IMG/VR virus record: IMGVR_UViG_3300012917_000005
Coordinates: 1 to 50,657 of that record
Length of the DNA stretch: 50,657 nucleotides
Strand: one strand, 5' to 3'
DNA from: a virus
Lineage: Duplodnaviria > Caudoviricetes
The notes under the pieces: generated by a model
The model's input: the letters and a program-made list of their open reading frames with translations, nothing else
What the model was told of the DNA's origin: nothing
The model's database searches: none
In this document: positions 9,261 to 19,456 of the stretch, piece after piece
How the letters are laid out: each line of letters starts with the position of its first letter
How positions within the stretch are numbered: position 1 is the stretch's first letter
Program-made: the position numbers and the translations under genes

Positions 9261-9993
9261 TGAAAGTAAAGATTACTATCAAGAATTAGTAGGAGAGAAC
9301 AGGAAATTCAAGACCAAGGAAGACCTGGCTAAAGGTAAACATGTATCAGATTCGTACATATCTTTATTAGAGAAACGATTAGATGTTTCTAGACAAGAAT
9401 ATATGGATTTGAATCAACAGTATAATGCTAGGGCTAAGATAGAAGAATTGCTAGACCAAGCTAATCTTAGATCTTCTCAGTTAAGTAACGACACACCCAT
9501 AGTGAAAGACGATAAAATACAAGCCCCTCAATTTGATCCTAAACAATTAGATGTTCTCATCTCTAATAAAATACAAGAGAATGAAACGACTAAACGTCAG
9601 CAAGACAATGCTAACTTTGTAAGGGATAAAATTATAAAAGAATATGGTTCTGATTATCAGAACATAGTTAATAGACAGATCAATGAGTTAGGACTTACTA
9701 GAGAGGAATTCAATAGTATGGCTCGTATTCAACCTAAGGTCTTATTAAGATCTTTAGGTCTAGACGAACAGATTAGACAAGATCCTTTTCGTGCTCCTCC
9801 TCAATCTCAACAGAGAACAACTACGACTGGACCTACAGTAGAAAAACGTACTTGGGCTTATTATCAAGATTTGAGAAAGAAAGATCCTAAACTTTGGGAC
9901 TCTAAGAAAATAGCCGTTCAAATGCATAATGATGCTATCGCCTTAGGCGAAGACTTCAGAGATGGAGATTATTACGCATATGGACATACTTAA
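9220..9993 (+). CDS. Capsid scaffolding protein
   Basis: Charged helical protein directly upstream of the capsid gene. Confidence 0.7.
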   Translation: MTDILDETSLPIIDESKDYYQELVGENRKFKTKEDLAKGKHVSDSYISLLEKRLDVSRQEYMDLNQQYNARAKIEELLDQANLRSSQLSNDTPIVKDDKIQAPQFDPKQLDVLISNKIQENETTKRQQDNANFVRDKIIKEYGSDYQNIVNRQINELGLTREEFNSMARIQPKVLLRSLGLDEQIRQDPFRAPPQSQQRTTTTGPTVEKRTWAYYQDLRKKDPKLWDSKKIAVQMHNDAIALGEDFRDGDYYAYGHT

Positions 9994-10018
9994 CTAAAAC
10001 TAAAAGGAACAAACTCAT

Positions 10019-10978
10019 ATGGCAGGTTTTATGGATGCCAATACTCAGTTCCTAGTTAGAACTAATCTTTGGTCTCGTCAGATCAAAGAACTCTTACTAG
10101 ATGAACTGAACGCTATGAAGTTTGTCCGTATTTTATCTGACTTCCCTGATGGCTATACGTTAAATATTCCATCGATTGGTGAAGCTACTGAACAAGACTT
10201 TACTGAAGGTCAAGCAATTAAATACTCTGCGATGGATACTGGTAATTTTACCTTTTCCTTCGATCAGTATAAATATTCTGCTAATGCCATCTCAGAGAAG
10301 TTCAAGAGAGACAGCTACTATGCTGCTGATGTTATCGCTGCTTTCGTGCCTCGACAACATCGAGTCTTAATGGAAGGCGTGGAAACACGTATTCTCGCTC
10401 AGGCTAATAACGGACAGACTGCTTCTAACCCCAACATCATCAACTTGGCTGACCATCGTTTCGTCGCCACAGGTGTCAATACTGGTCTGGCTCTACCAGA
10501 CTTCGCTCGTGCACAGTATGCCTTAACAAAGGCTAACGTGCCACTTACTAACTTAGTAGGTGTTATTGATCCTAGTGTCGCTTATACGATTCAGACTCAA
10601 GCCAATCTTGTTAACTTACTCTCCCCGATGCCTATGTGGGAAGGTGTAGTGAAAGAAGGTGCAGTTAGTGGATTTAAGTTTAGGTTTAATCTTTATGGAT
10701 TCGATCTCTACGTATCTAACTATCTTCCTTCTATTGCTTCAGAAACAATTAGTGGTACTGCTGTAACCAGTGGTGTTGCTAATTACTTCTTCTCAGCAGC
10801 TCCTGGTGATACGTTACCATGGGTTGGAGGTTTCAGACAGATGCCTACCGTCTACTCGGAGTTCAATAAAGATCTCCAGCAAGAAGAATATCTGACTATC
10901 ACCGAGTATGGATTCAAGCTCTACCGGCCTGAAAACATGGTCACCATCTTAACCGCTACCGGCGTCGTGCCGAGCTAA
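10019..10978 (+). CDS. Major capsid protein
   Basis: 319 aa; LWS..IKELL N-arm, GYTLNIPSIG, C-terminal YGFKLYRPEN; strong RBS; gene position. Confidence 0.88.
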   Translation: MAGFMDANTQFLVRTNLWSRQIKELLLDELNAMKFVRILSDFPDGYTLNIPSIGEATEQDFTEGQAIKYSAMDTGNFTFSFDQYKYSANAISEKFKRDSYYAADVIAAFVPRQHRVLMEGVETRILAQANNGQTASNPNIINLADHRFVATGVNTGLALPDFARAQYALTKANVPLTNLVGVIDPSVAYTIQTQANLVNLLSPMPMWEGVVKEGAVSGFKFRFNLYGFDLYVSNYLPSIASETISGTAVTSGVANYFFSAAPGDTLPWVGGFRQMPTVYSEFNKDLQQEEYLTITEYGFKLYRPENMVTILTATGVVPS

Positions 10979-10993
10979 CAAGGAGGTAACATC

Positions 10994-11707
10994 ATGGTTG
11001 CTGGCTTTTGGTATAATCAGGATGGTCTCCCCATCCAATACGGCACTCAGAAGGCCGTATCTGACACTGGAGGCGATTATCTCGTCTATGGTGAAACTAG
11101 AGAAGTTGAACAATTAATTCCCTTAGTCCCTATGCAACAGGGCTCTGGTAATACTCCTCTCATTGCAGCTCCACCTACTTCGTTCGTAGGAACAGGTACA
11201 TTTGCTGCAGCGGGAATCACTTCTCCCAACGTTCAAATTCCTTTACAAATCACTGCTCCGATTGTTACTACTACGGGTGGTAATTTAGTCTTCACAAACA
11301 CTAACATCTTCTTCGAGGAAGTTACTGTTGAAAACTTAATTACATCTACAGGTGGTACTAGCATTGCAGTCGGATTAGCTGTAACCTCTCCAGGTTCTCC
11401 TAATTCTACGTTTGTACAGGCTACCCCTAATGCAGGTGCTCATTTAATCACCACCCTAGCTCTCGCAAATATGGTCGCTGGTCAGAGGGTTACATTTACT
11501 GTACCTTCTACTACCGGTCTGCGATGGGATACTGCAACTGCAGTAGGTACTAGCGGTGCTTGGTTAGGCAACGTTCCCCTTATCACTAATGCTATTACTC
11601 CACTGCCTAATTCGGCATGGATTAGCACTATTGCTACAGGTGCGTTTACTAACGGATTGCTTAAGCTTCGTCTTAGGTACACAATCTACGGTAATATTAG
11701 CTTCTAA
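10994..11707 (+). CDS. Capsid decoration / minor capsid protein
   Basis: Follows the MCP; AGGAGG RBS; T/G/A-rich. Confidence 0.65.
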   Translation: MVAGFWYNQDGLPIQYGTQKAVSDTGGDYLVYGETREVEQLIPLVPMQQGSGNTPLIAAPPTSFVGTGTFAAAGITSPNVQIPLQITAPIVTTTGGNLVFTNTNIFFEEVTVENLITSTGGTSIAVGLAVTSPGSPNSTFVQATPNAGAHLITTLALANMVAGQRVTFTVPSTTGLRWDTATAVGTSGAWLGNVPLITNAITPLPNSAWISTIATGAFTNGLLKLRLRYTIYGNISF

Positions 11708-11724
11708 TTGGAGCTATTACATAT

Positions 11725-11756
11725 CTGGTCTGGGTCCCTTCGGGGACCTAGACTGG
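11725..11756 (+). terminator. UUCG-capped hairpin after the capsid genes (attenuator or processing site)
   Basis: CTGGTCTGGGTCCC-TTCG-GGGACCTAGACTGG; no U-tract. Confidence 0.55.
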
Positions 11757-11778
11757 TACAAATAAAGGATAAATAAAT

Positions 11779-12282
11779 ATGGCTGTTGTTGATCAAGGTC
11801 GACTTATTGATATGGCAGGATTGGACGATAGTATCAACAATACTAGAGTTCGTGCCACAAAGACTCCTATTACAGTAGGAGCAATCACTTTCCCTTCTAA
11901 TCCTATGGGAACTAATTATATTGAAGGTGCAGGTACGCCCATCAGTATTACGTCCAATGCTGCTCAAACACTTACAGCAGAACGACTTCTAACGGGAATA
12001 ATCACTATAAGCACTTCTACTGGTCTTACGGCTACATTTGATACTGCTGCTAATATAGTAGCAGGTGTAAATTTAGTAACTGCTGGAGCTGTTGTAGGTG
12101 ATTATATTACCACTCTTATTTGCAGTGGGGGAGCTAGCACAGTTACTTTAGCTGCTGGTTCAGGTGGTAGTTTTGATACTGCACAAGCAAGTAGAACAAT
12201 TACTACAGGTACTTCTAAATATGTTTGGGTCAGGTTAACTAACGTTACTCCTGGTTCTGAAGCTTATGTGATATACTTCTAA
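11779..12282 (+). CDS. Virion structural protein
   Basis: T/G/A-rich; late operon. Confidence 0.65.
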   Translation: MAVVDQGRLIDMAGLDDSINNTRVRATKTPITVGAITFPSNPMGTNYIEGAGTPISITSNAAQTLTAERLLTGIITISTSTGLTATFDTAANIVAGVNLVTAGAVVGDYITTLICSGGASTVTLAAGSGGSFDTAQASRTITTGTSKYVWVRLTNVTPGSEAYVIYF

Positions 12283-13811
12283 TGGCAGATAAGGTCACTC
12301 TAGGTAGCGTAGCTAATATAGATAATAGTCTACTTACTACTATAAATAATAATAATGCTCTAACTACTTCTGCTATTAATAATACATTATCTAGAGATGG
12401 CACTACTCCTAATCAGATGTTAGCTACTCTGGATATGAATAACTTTCAGATAGTTAATCTTCCTTTCCCAAGTACAATCAATTCTCCAGCTAGGTTAGTT
12501 GATGTTACCACTCCAGGATCAATAACTATAGTTACTGCTCTTACAGGTACATCTGGTCATACAGTAGGATTCTTAGATGGAACTAATACTTGGTCAGGGG
12601 TACAGAATTTTAATGCAGGTGTTTTAGGAACTCTTACAAATCCTTCAGGATTTACTACAACGAATGTTTTCAATTCTTTCTCAGTTGGCGTGGATAATCT
12701 AGATGCCAGTGGAGTAGGAAATGTAGCAACTGCTTTAAACGTATACCATAATTTTGGAGGTTCTTCTACCAAAGGGGCTAGACAAGCTTTCACAGTATTA
12801 GCTCAACTTACAAGTCCGACTTCAGCGACTAATACGAATAGAAACTATGTAGGAGCTACATTCACAGGTCAAGCTGTTTCCGGTGATGGAGGTGGTATTG
12901 GAACTGAAAAGGGTGCTATATTTGGTATAAATCCTATAGCATTGTTAAATGCTGCTGCTACCAACATGGCTGCTCTTGTAGGCGGTGAAGTTAATATATC
13001 TGTTGCTTCAGGAGCTACAGTCTTAGATAAATACGGTTGGGCGATAGTTCAACTAAATAGTGATGTTGTTTCTGGTTCTAGAAATGACGGAGGTCTTTAT
13101 CTTGCTAATCAAGCAGGTGCTGTTGGTTGGAAATATGGAATTCAATTTGGAGATACTACTAATCAATTTCCTGTGAAAACTGCAGGTACGCTTATTAAGA
13201 CAGTAGGTGGAGCTACAGTTGTAAATGGTATTGATTTTAGTGCTACTACATTTAGTGGAAGTGCATTTGTATCCCCAGGATTTTCTGTAGGAGGCGGTGG
13301 TGCTTTAAGTTTAGGAACAACAGGTACTTCTAGCGGTATTCTTCAATTTAATGGAATTACTAGTGGTCAGATTCAAGTTCAAACAAATGCTGCTTCAAAT
13401 CTGTTAACCATTTCTCAACCAGTTCAAATAGGTATAATTGGGACTACAGCAGGTACTTTAAATCTTGCAGGACTCACTAGTGGTTCAGCTCAACTGAGTT
13501 GTTCCGCAACAGGTGGAACTCTTCAAGCAGGTGCTGGTAATCTTACTATAGACGCAAGTGGTAATCTAACAACTTCAGGTAAATCTAAGATTGGTAGTAC
13601 TACAGCTCCAGTATCTGGAGGAGATATAAATAATCCTTACTTATATGGAAGTGGTTCAAACTTTGGTATATACTTTGGTGCAGGTGCTCCTACGATATCT
13701 GCTGCTCAGGGATCTATTTATTTAAATACCACAGGAAGTACTACGGCTACTAGGTTATATGTCAATACAACTGGTTCTACTACTTGGACTAACTTTACGA
13801 GTGCTGCTTAA
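12282..13811 (+). CDS. Tail fibre / spike
   Basis: N-terminal LSRDGTTPNQM..LDMN fibre motif; G/T-rich body; C-terminal GAPTISAAQGSIYL motif. Confidence 0.8.
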   Translation: MADKVTLGSVANIDNSLLTTINNNNALTTSAINNTLSRDGTTPNQMLATLDMNNFQIVNLPFPSTINSPARLVDVTTPGSITIVTALTGTSGHTVGFLDGTNTWSGVQNFNAGVLGTLTNPSGFTTTNVFNSFSVGVDNLDASGVGNVATALNVYHNFGGSSTKGARQAFTVLAQLTSPTSATNTNRNYVGATFTGQAVSGDGGGIGTEKGAIFGINPIALLNAAATNMAALVGGEVNISVASGATVLDKYGWAIVQLNSDVVSGSRNDGGLYLANQAGAVGWKYGIQFGDTTNQFPVKTAGTLIKTVGGATVVNGIDFSATTFSGSAFVSPGFSVGGGGALSLGTTGTSSGILQFNGITSGQIQVQTNAASNLLTISQPVQIGIIGTTAGTLNLAGLTSGSAQLSCSATGGTLQAGAGNLTIDASGNLTTSGKSKIGSTTAPVSGGDINNPYLYGSGSNFGIYFGAGAPTISAAQGSIYLNTTGSTTATRLYVNTTGSTTWTNFTSAA

Positions 13812-13945
13812 TGGAACAGAAAGTTAAAGCTTTATTAGGTGAATATGCATTTCAAATAGCAGCTCTTATGGCTCAAGTAGAGAAATTACAAGAGGAAATA
13901 AAGAAACTCAATGAAGACAAGCCCCAACGGTCGAAAGCTAATTGA
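13811..13945 (+). CDS. Small coiled-coil protein (fibre chaperone-like), 44 aa
   Basis: Manual translation MEQKVKALLGEYAFQIAALMAQVEKLQEEIKK...; TAATG-coupled. Confidence 0.6.
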   Translation: MEQKVKALLGEYAFQIAALMAQVEKLQEEIKKLNEDKPQRSKAN

Positions 13946-14405
13946 ATCTTTTGAAGGTCTTATTCTTCAATCATATGATGATTATAACGATCATATAGTT
14001 CATCAAGGAGACACAGTCCATGGAACTCTTACTATTGGTTATGGGCATACCAGTGCTGCTGGCGATCCTAGCGTATTTCTTGGGCAAGAGATTACACAGT
14101 CTGACGCGGATAGAATCCTCGGATCAGACCTCGGACGAGTCGAACAAGAAGTAAATACTCTTGTTAAGGTTCCTCTAAATCAGAATCAGTTCGATGCTCT
14201 TGTTTCTTTCCATTTTAATACAGGAGCTCTAGGACATTCGTCTACTCTTATTCTTCTTAACGAAGGTAAGTATTCAGAAGCTGCAGATCATCTGTTATTA
14301 TATAACAAAGCCGGTGGGAAAATCTTAGCAGGTCTAATCCGTCGTAGGAAGGCCGAGCAGGAGCTTTTCCTGTCTAAGGCTACTACCCCTACCTGGCACC
14401 TCTAA
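13911..14405 (+). CDS. Endolysin, GH24 lysozyme
   Basis: FEGL..YDD, TIGYGHT, NQFDALVSF.FN.G and GLIRRR.AE motifs. Confidence 0.93.
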   Translation: MKTSPNGRKLIESFEGLILQSYDDYNDHIVHQGDTVHGTLTIGYGHTSAAGDPSVFLGQEITQSDADRILGSDLGRVEQEVNTLVKVPLNQNQFDALVSFHFNTGALGHSSTLILLNEGKYSEAADHLLLYNKAGGKILAGLIRRRKAEQELFLSKATTPTWHL

Positions 14406-14487
14406 AAAACCTACCAGTGACGCTCCTACGAGCTTCTGGAGTACTTTTATTAGCATACTAACAAGAATATTTAGAAAAGGAAAATAA

Positions 14488-14721
14488 ATGAACAATGTAC
14501 TTAACGTTTTATCTAGTCTAGTCGGACCTACTCAGCTTGGTGGTTGGGTACGTGCTGCTATTGCTGCTGCAGGGGGCTTTCTAGTCGCTCATTATGGAAT
14601 GCAGTATTGGAATGGTGACGCTGTAATCAGTGGCATCGGTACTGCTGCTTCTGCCGTAGTTGTCGGCTTATGGTCATCTCTGTCTAAGGTAGCGGTTACC
14701 ACCGCTCCTGCTTCAACCTAA
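14488..14721 (+). CDS. Holin-like membrane protein
   Basis: Two hydrophobic segments; next to the endolysin. Confidence 0.6.
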   Translation: MNNVLNVLSSLVGPTQLGGWVRAAIAAAGGFLVAHYGMQYWNGDAVISGIGTAASAVVVGLWSSLSKVAVTTAPAST

Positions 14722-15110
14722 TGTTGAGCTTACTCGGTTTAATCCTTCCTGGCTTATTTACTACGATTAGTAGTATAACTAATGCTATTGCCAATGAGAA
14801 GATAATTCTTCTTAAATCTCAGACTGAAGAAGATAAAATAGCTTCTCAGGAAAGAATAAACACTCTCGAAGCTAAGAAAGCAGCTCTATTAGCTGATAGT
14901 CAACATAGTAGTTTAGATATGTGGGTTAGAGCAGGTCTAGCAGTAGGTCCTGCTGCCTACATAACTAAGATCTTTCTCTGGGATAAAGTATTAAAGATGG
15001 GAGTTACAGATCCTGTCACTCCAGATCAATGGCAAGTCTTAATGGCTGTAGTAGGATTCTACTTCATTTATTCAGGTGCAGTATCTGTAGCAAGGATATT
15101 TAAATCATAA
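14721..15110 (+). CDS. Membrane protein (holin family candidate)
   Basis: Hydrophobic N-terminus plus two TM segments ending VVGFYF. Confidence 0.6.
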   Translation: MLSLLGLILPGLFTTISSITNAIANEKIILLKSQTEEDKIASQERINTLEAKKAALLADSQHSSLDMWVRAGLAVGPAAYITKIFLWDKVLKMGVTDPVTPDQWQVLMAVVGFYFIYSGAVSVARIFKS

Positions 15111-16255
15111 TGCAAAAGATGACTCTACTGCAGTTAGTGCAGAATATATTAAGTGCTATGTCTTCTGATGAGGTAAACTCTATAGGAGATACTACTGAAG
15201 CTATGCAAGTAGCTACTATAGTTGAGACTACTTACTTCAATGTAATTAATAGAGCTGGTCTACCTGATCAATGTGAACTGTTTCAGTTAAATCCGTTTAC
15301 TGATGCTACTCAACCAGTCATGATGACTAGACCTGATAATATTGCTAAAATGGAATGGATTAAATATTTCAATACTAATCCTTTTCAAGGTACTCAGTTT
15401 ACAAGTCAATTCGGTGCTTTTAGTCATGGTCTTAATACAGATCTAATTACTAATGTTTGGAAGACTACATCTACAACTTCTAATACTGTCGGTACAGGTT
15501 TAAAGACTTTTACAGTCGCTTCCAGTACGTTACCAGCGTTCGCAGGACAACAAGTAGGTATAGCTAATGGAGGTGTCAATGTAATGGCTGGTACTGTATT
15601 TAGTTATATAGGAACTACTTTGATTGTTAATGTAACTACCATAGGTGGTTCAGGTACATTCAGTGCATGGAATATACAATCTACAGCAGGTCTAGGAGCT
15701 ATTCCTGGTTATCAATATGTAAGTATAGTTCCTGTTAAACAGTTCTTAGATATGACTAGTAGTTTTAATCCTACAGATACTAATGTTAATTCTTTTGATT
15801 TTAGAGTTAACGAACAGAACTTCTTATTCTACTATAGAAACGACCATCAACCTCAATATTGTACTATTCTAGAGAATTTCTATGTAGTCTTCGATTCCTT
15901 TGATGATTCACAAGATAGTACTTTACAAGCATCTAAAACCCAAGCATATGGTCAACTAGTTCCTACTTTCTTAATGGAAGATAACTTTACTCCTGTGATG
16001 GATGGTAAACAATTCCAACTATTATTAAATGAAGCTAAGTCTCTAGCTTTTTATGAACTCAAACAGATGCCTCATCAAAAGGCTGAACAAGAGTCTAAGC
16101 GTCAATGGGTTAATGTCGAGAAGACTAAATCTTTAACAGGTAAACCTACGTATTTTAATCAACTGCCTAACTTCGGTAGACGTGCTGGAACAGGTGGATA
16201 TTCAGGAATGAGGGATACAAATGATCGCTTCCTTGGCGGCTATCTCGCCGGATAG
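15110..16255 (+). CDS. Tail tubular protein A (adaptor/gatekeeper) with an inserted beta domain
   Basis: N-terminus TLLQLVQNILSAMSSDEVNSI resembles T7 gp11-type adaptors. Confidence 0.75.
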   Translation: MQKMTLLQLVQNILSAMSSDEVNSIGDTTEAMQVATIVETTYFNVINRAGLPDQCELFQLNPFTDATQPVMMTRPDNIAKMEWIKYFNTNPFQGTQFTSQFGAFSHGLNTDLITNVWKTTSTTSNTVGTGLKTFTVASSTLPAFAGQQVGIANGGVNVMAGTVFSYIGTTLIVNVTTIGGSGTFSAWNIQSTAGLGAIPGYQYVSIVPVKQFLDMTSSFNPTDTNVNSFDFRVNEQNFLFYYRNDHQPQYCTILENFYVVFDSFDDSQDSTLQASKTQAYGQLVPTFLMEDNFTPVMDGKQFQLLLNEAKSLAFYELKQMPHQKAEQESKRQWVNVEKTKSLTGKPTYFNQLPNFGRRAGTGGYSGMRDTNDRFLGGYLAG

Positions 16256-16523
16256 AACTAAGATGACATCAGATGATAGAATTCTGGTGTTAGAAATAAC
16301 AGATGGAAAGAAAGCTAATGATAGTCTAGTAGATGCTAATAACAATCTTCATGCTATCTTACTTCAGAATAATCTATGGACTTTAAAGTATGAACATGGC
16401 TTCTTACCTGGTCCTCTTAAAGGTCTATCTTTTACTAATTTTAATCTTCTTCTAAAGCATGTTAAAGAATATATTGAACGAAGAGGTATGAAAGTTAAAG
16501 AAATTGTTGATGTATGGCAATAA
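16221..16523 (+). CDS. Hypothetical protein
   Basis: Overlaps both flanking tail genes. Confidence 0.6.
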   Translation: MIASLAAISPDRTKMTSDDRILVLEITDGKKANDSLVDANNNLHAILLQNNLWTLKYEHGFLPGPLKGLSFTNFNLLLKHVKEYIERRGMKVKEIVDVWQ

Positions 16524-18967
16524 ATCCTAGCGTACAGAATAACTTTACTGGCGGTCTTAAGACTGAATTTACTGGTTTGAATTTTCCTGAAAACGCATGT
16601 ACTCAAACCGAGAACTGCGTTTTTACTATTATTGGAGATGTCTTACGTAGAGAAGGTTTTGATTTTGAAGCAAATGCTATTGGTTCAGGTATCGATAGAA
16701 CTAATGCTGCTGTTAATACTTATAAGTGGAATAATGTAGGTGGAGATGGTCTTACTCAGATAATAGTTCTACAAGTAGGTGTTAATATATTCTTCTTTAG
16801 ATCTACTAGTGCTACTTTAACTAATCCATTATCTTCAACTAAATTGGCGTCTACTTTTAGTATATATCCTTTTCTATCTGCAGGAAATACATTAACTACT
16901 ACCCAAGTAGGTCAAGTAGAATGTCAGTTTACAGATGGTAATGGTTATTTATTTATATTTCATCCTGCAATAGATACTGTTTATTGTACTTATAATTCAA
17001 TCAATTCCTCAATTACTCCTATTGTGATAAATTTACAGATTAGAGATGTATTTGGTATTCCTGAAGTTGGTGTTGCAGATAATCTTAGACCAACAGTATT
17101 AAATCCTGAACATCAATATAATCTTACAAATCAAGGATGGACTACAGGTTCTCTTTGGACTGCTAATGGTAAGTTAAATAATAATAGTACTATATGCGTA
17201 GGTGATAAAATAGTTTTAGCTATCACTTCTCAAGTCAATACGACAACAGTCACAAATGGAAGTGTAATTCAATTCTCTTATCAAGCAGCTATAGTAGGTG
17301 ATAATAATGGAAATGTTAATATTACTGCTACTGTACAAGGGACTGTCAGTTCTTATGTGACTCCATTTACCACTGTAACTATTCAAGTTGGACATATAGA
17401 TTATGATTGTCATAGAGTAAATGCAGGATCCTGGTCCGGAGGCAACTTCTTTCCTGCTCCCAATCAAAATATTTCTATGTCTGTAGTTAATGTTGGTTTT
17501 ATAAATACTTGGTTTACTGCCTTAGGTAATTATCCATCTAATTCAGACATATGGTGGTTATATAAAGATATTAATAATGCTTTCACTCCCGCTTCTACAT
17601 TTCAGAATGTTCAACAGAATGTTGGTACAGCTCCAAAAGGTACATATATATTAAATGCATTTAGACAGCTACGTGCTCAAGTATCTAGTGTTCCTAGTTT
17701 AACAGACGTAATAACAACTGTTAGACCCTCTACTGGAGCATGGTTTCAAGGTAGAATCTTTTACACAGGAATTAATGCTTCTCAGCAAGCTATAGGAGAT
17801 GAACCTTATTATACTTGGACAGAGAATATATATTTCTCTCAAACAATAATCTCAGGAACTACTCAGTTTGGTAAATGTTATCAAGTTAATGATCCTACTT
17901 CTCAAACATTATTTGATATATTACCTACCGATGGTGGAGTCATAACAATCCAAGGAGCTGGGACTATTTATGAGTTATTCCCTATTCAAACTGGTCTTAT
18001 TGTTAGGGCTGCTAATGGTGTATATTTTATATCCGGGGGATCTGGAGTAGCTTTCCAAGCTAATGATTATTCAGTAAGTAAGATATCTAATATTCAGAGT
18101 ATATCTTTTACTAAGGCTGTTAATGTTCAAGGTTGGCCTATGTTCTGGAATGAAGAAGGTATTTATTATGTTACAGTCAGACAGAACTCCAGTTCTATTC
18201 GTAGTCCCGATATTAATTTAGATGTTAAAAATCTATGTCTAGGAACTATTCTGTCTTTCTACGCAAACATACCTCTTCAAAGCAAGAAGTTTGCAAGAGG
18301 AGATTACAATCCTTTAGATTACATAGTTCAATTCTGTTTCAGAAGTACAAACGAATCTAGTGTGACTGATAGATATCAGTTTGATAGTATTATTAATTTC
18401 AATATAGCTACTCAAGCTTTCTATCCGTATCAGATAGCTACGTCTTCTACTTCACCGTATATACATGGTATAAACTATGTGGCTGGTCCAGGAGGTAGTA
18501 CGTCTCCTATTCCTATATTTAAGTATATAACTTCGCAAGCTAATCCCAGTCAGAATAATTACTTTTTTACTTTCTCAGAAGAAAGAGATACTACATTTGT
18601 AGATTGGAATACTTCGGGATTTCCTTTGAATTATGTAAGTAATTTTATTACAGGATATAAATTATCAGGAAAAGGATTAGTTAAGTTTCAGCCTACATAC
18701 GTTTATGTTTATTCTAACAATGTTAATAATACTGCCTATAAGATACAAGGCATATGGGATTATGCTATAAATAGAGATTCACATAGATGGGGTGTTCCTC
18801 AAACAATTAATAATTTCCTTAATACTCTTAATTTTAGTAAATTGTTTCGTAAACATAAGATAAGAGGTAAAGGATTAATTCTACAGTTTCAAGTTCTATC
18901 CGTAGATGGTAAACCATTTGATATAATGGGTTGGACTGTAATGGATAACACACAGGAAAGAATGTAA
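16514..18967 (+). CDS. Tail tubular protein B (nozzle)
   Basis: 817 aa; N-terminal NFTGGL..E and RREG motifs; beta-rich; gene position. Confidence 0.75.
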   Translation: MAINPSVQNNFTGGLKTEFTGLNFPENACTQTENCVFTIIGDVLRREGFDFEANAIGSGIDRTNAAVNTYKWNNVGGDGLTQIIVLQVGVNIFFFRSTSATLTNPLSSTKLASTFSIYPFLSAGNTLTTTQVGQVECQFTDGNGYLFIFHPAIDTVYCTYNSINSSITPIVINLQIRDVFGIPEVGVADNLRPTVLNPEHQYNLTNQGWTTGSLWTANGKLNNNSTICVGDKIVLAITSQVNTTTVTNGSVIQFSYQAAIVGDNNGNVNITATVQGTVSSYVTPFTTVTIQVGHIDYDCHRVNAGSWSGGNFFPAPNQNISMSVVNVGFINTWFTALGNYPSNSDIWWLYKDINNAFTPASTFQNVQQNVGTAPKGTYILNAFRQLRAQVSSVPSLTDVITTVRPSTGAWFQGRIFYTGINASQQAIGDEPYYTWTENIYFSQTIISGTTQFGKCYQVNDPTSQTLFDILPTDGGVITIQGAGTIYELFPIQTGLIVRAANGVYFISGGSGVAFQANDYSVSKISNIQSISFTKAVNVQGWPMFWNEEGIYYVTVRQNSSSIRSPDINLDVKNLCLGTILSFYANIPLQSKKFARGDYNPLDYIVQFCFRSTNESSVTDRYQFDSIINFNIATQAFYPYQIATSSTSPYIHGINYVAGPGGSTSPIPIFKYITSQANPSQNNYFFTFSEERDTTFVDWNTSGFPLNYVSNFITGYKLSGKGLVKFQPTYVYVYSNNVNNTAYKIQGIWDYAINRDSHRWGVPQTINNFLNTLNFSKLFRKHKIRGKGLILQFQVLSVDGKPFDIMGWTVMDNTQERM

Positions 18968-19456
18968 ATGTTAATGGCAGCGTTTGGTGCGCAAGCAATA
19001 GGAACAGGATTACAGATAGTTGGTGGTTTGAATGCTATGCATGCTCAGAAGGAAGAAGCTGAAGCATCCAAAGGTATAACTATGCTTGAAATGAAAGCTG
19101 ATCAACAGCGTAGACAAGCTATGGAATTAAGTGCTCAGAGGTCTTCTTTAGAAGTAACTCGTAATGCTCAGAGAGCTAGGTCTATGGGTACATTGAATGC
19201 TGAGGTAGGAGGTGCTCAATTAGGTTCAGGCCTTCAAGGAGGGTTAGCTCAAGTACAAGGACAAGCTACGACTAACCAATTAGGTATTAGTCAGAATCTT
19301 CAGATAGGTAGAAATATATTTGATATTAATATGGATATAAGTGCTGCTAGAATTGCTGAATCTAATGCTAAAGGTAAAGAAGCTACTGCCCTAGGTATCT
19401 CCAGCATGGGTTCAGATATTTCTAAATTAGGTAGTTCGTTTGGTCGTGGTCAATAA
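18968..19456 (+). CDS. Internal virion protein (T7 gp14-like)
   Basis: A/G/Q-rich helical protein with a hydrophobic N-terminus, after the nozzle. Confidence 0.65.
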   Translation: MLMAAFGAQAIGTGLQIVGGLNAMHAQKEEAEASKGITMLEMKADQQRRQAMELSAQRSSLEVTRNAQRARSMGTLNAEVGGAQLGSGLQGGLAQVQGQATTNQLGISQNLQIGRNIFDINMDISAARIAESNAKGKEATALGISSMGSDISKLGSSFGRGQ

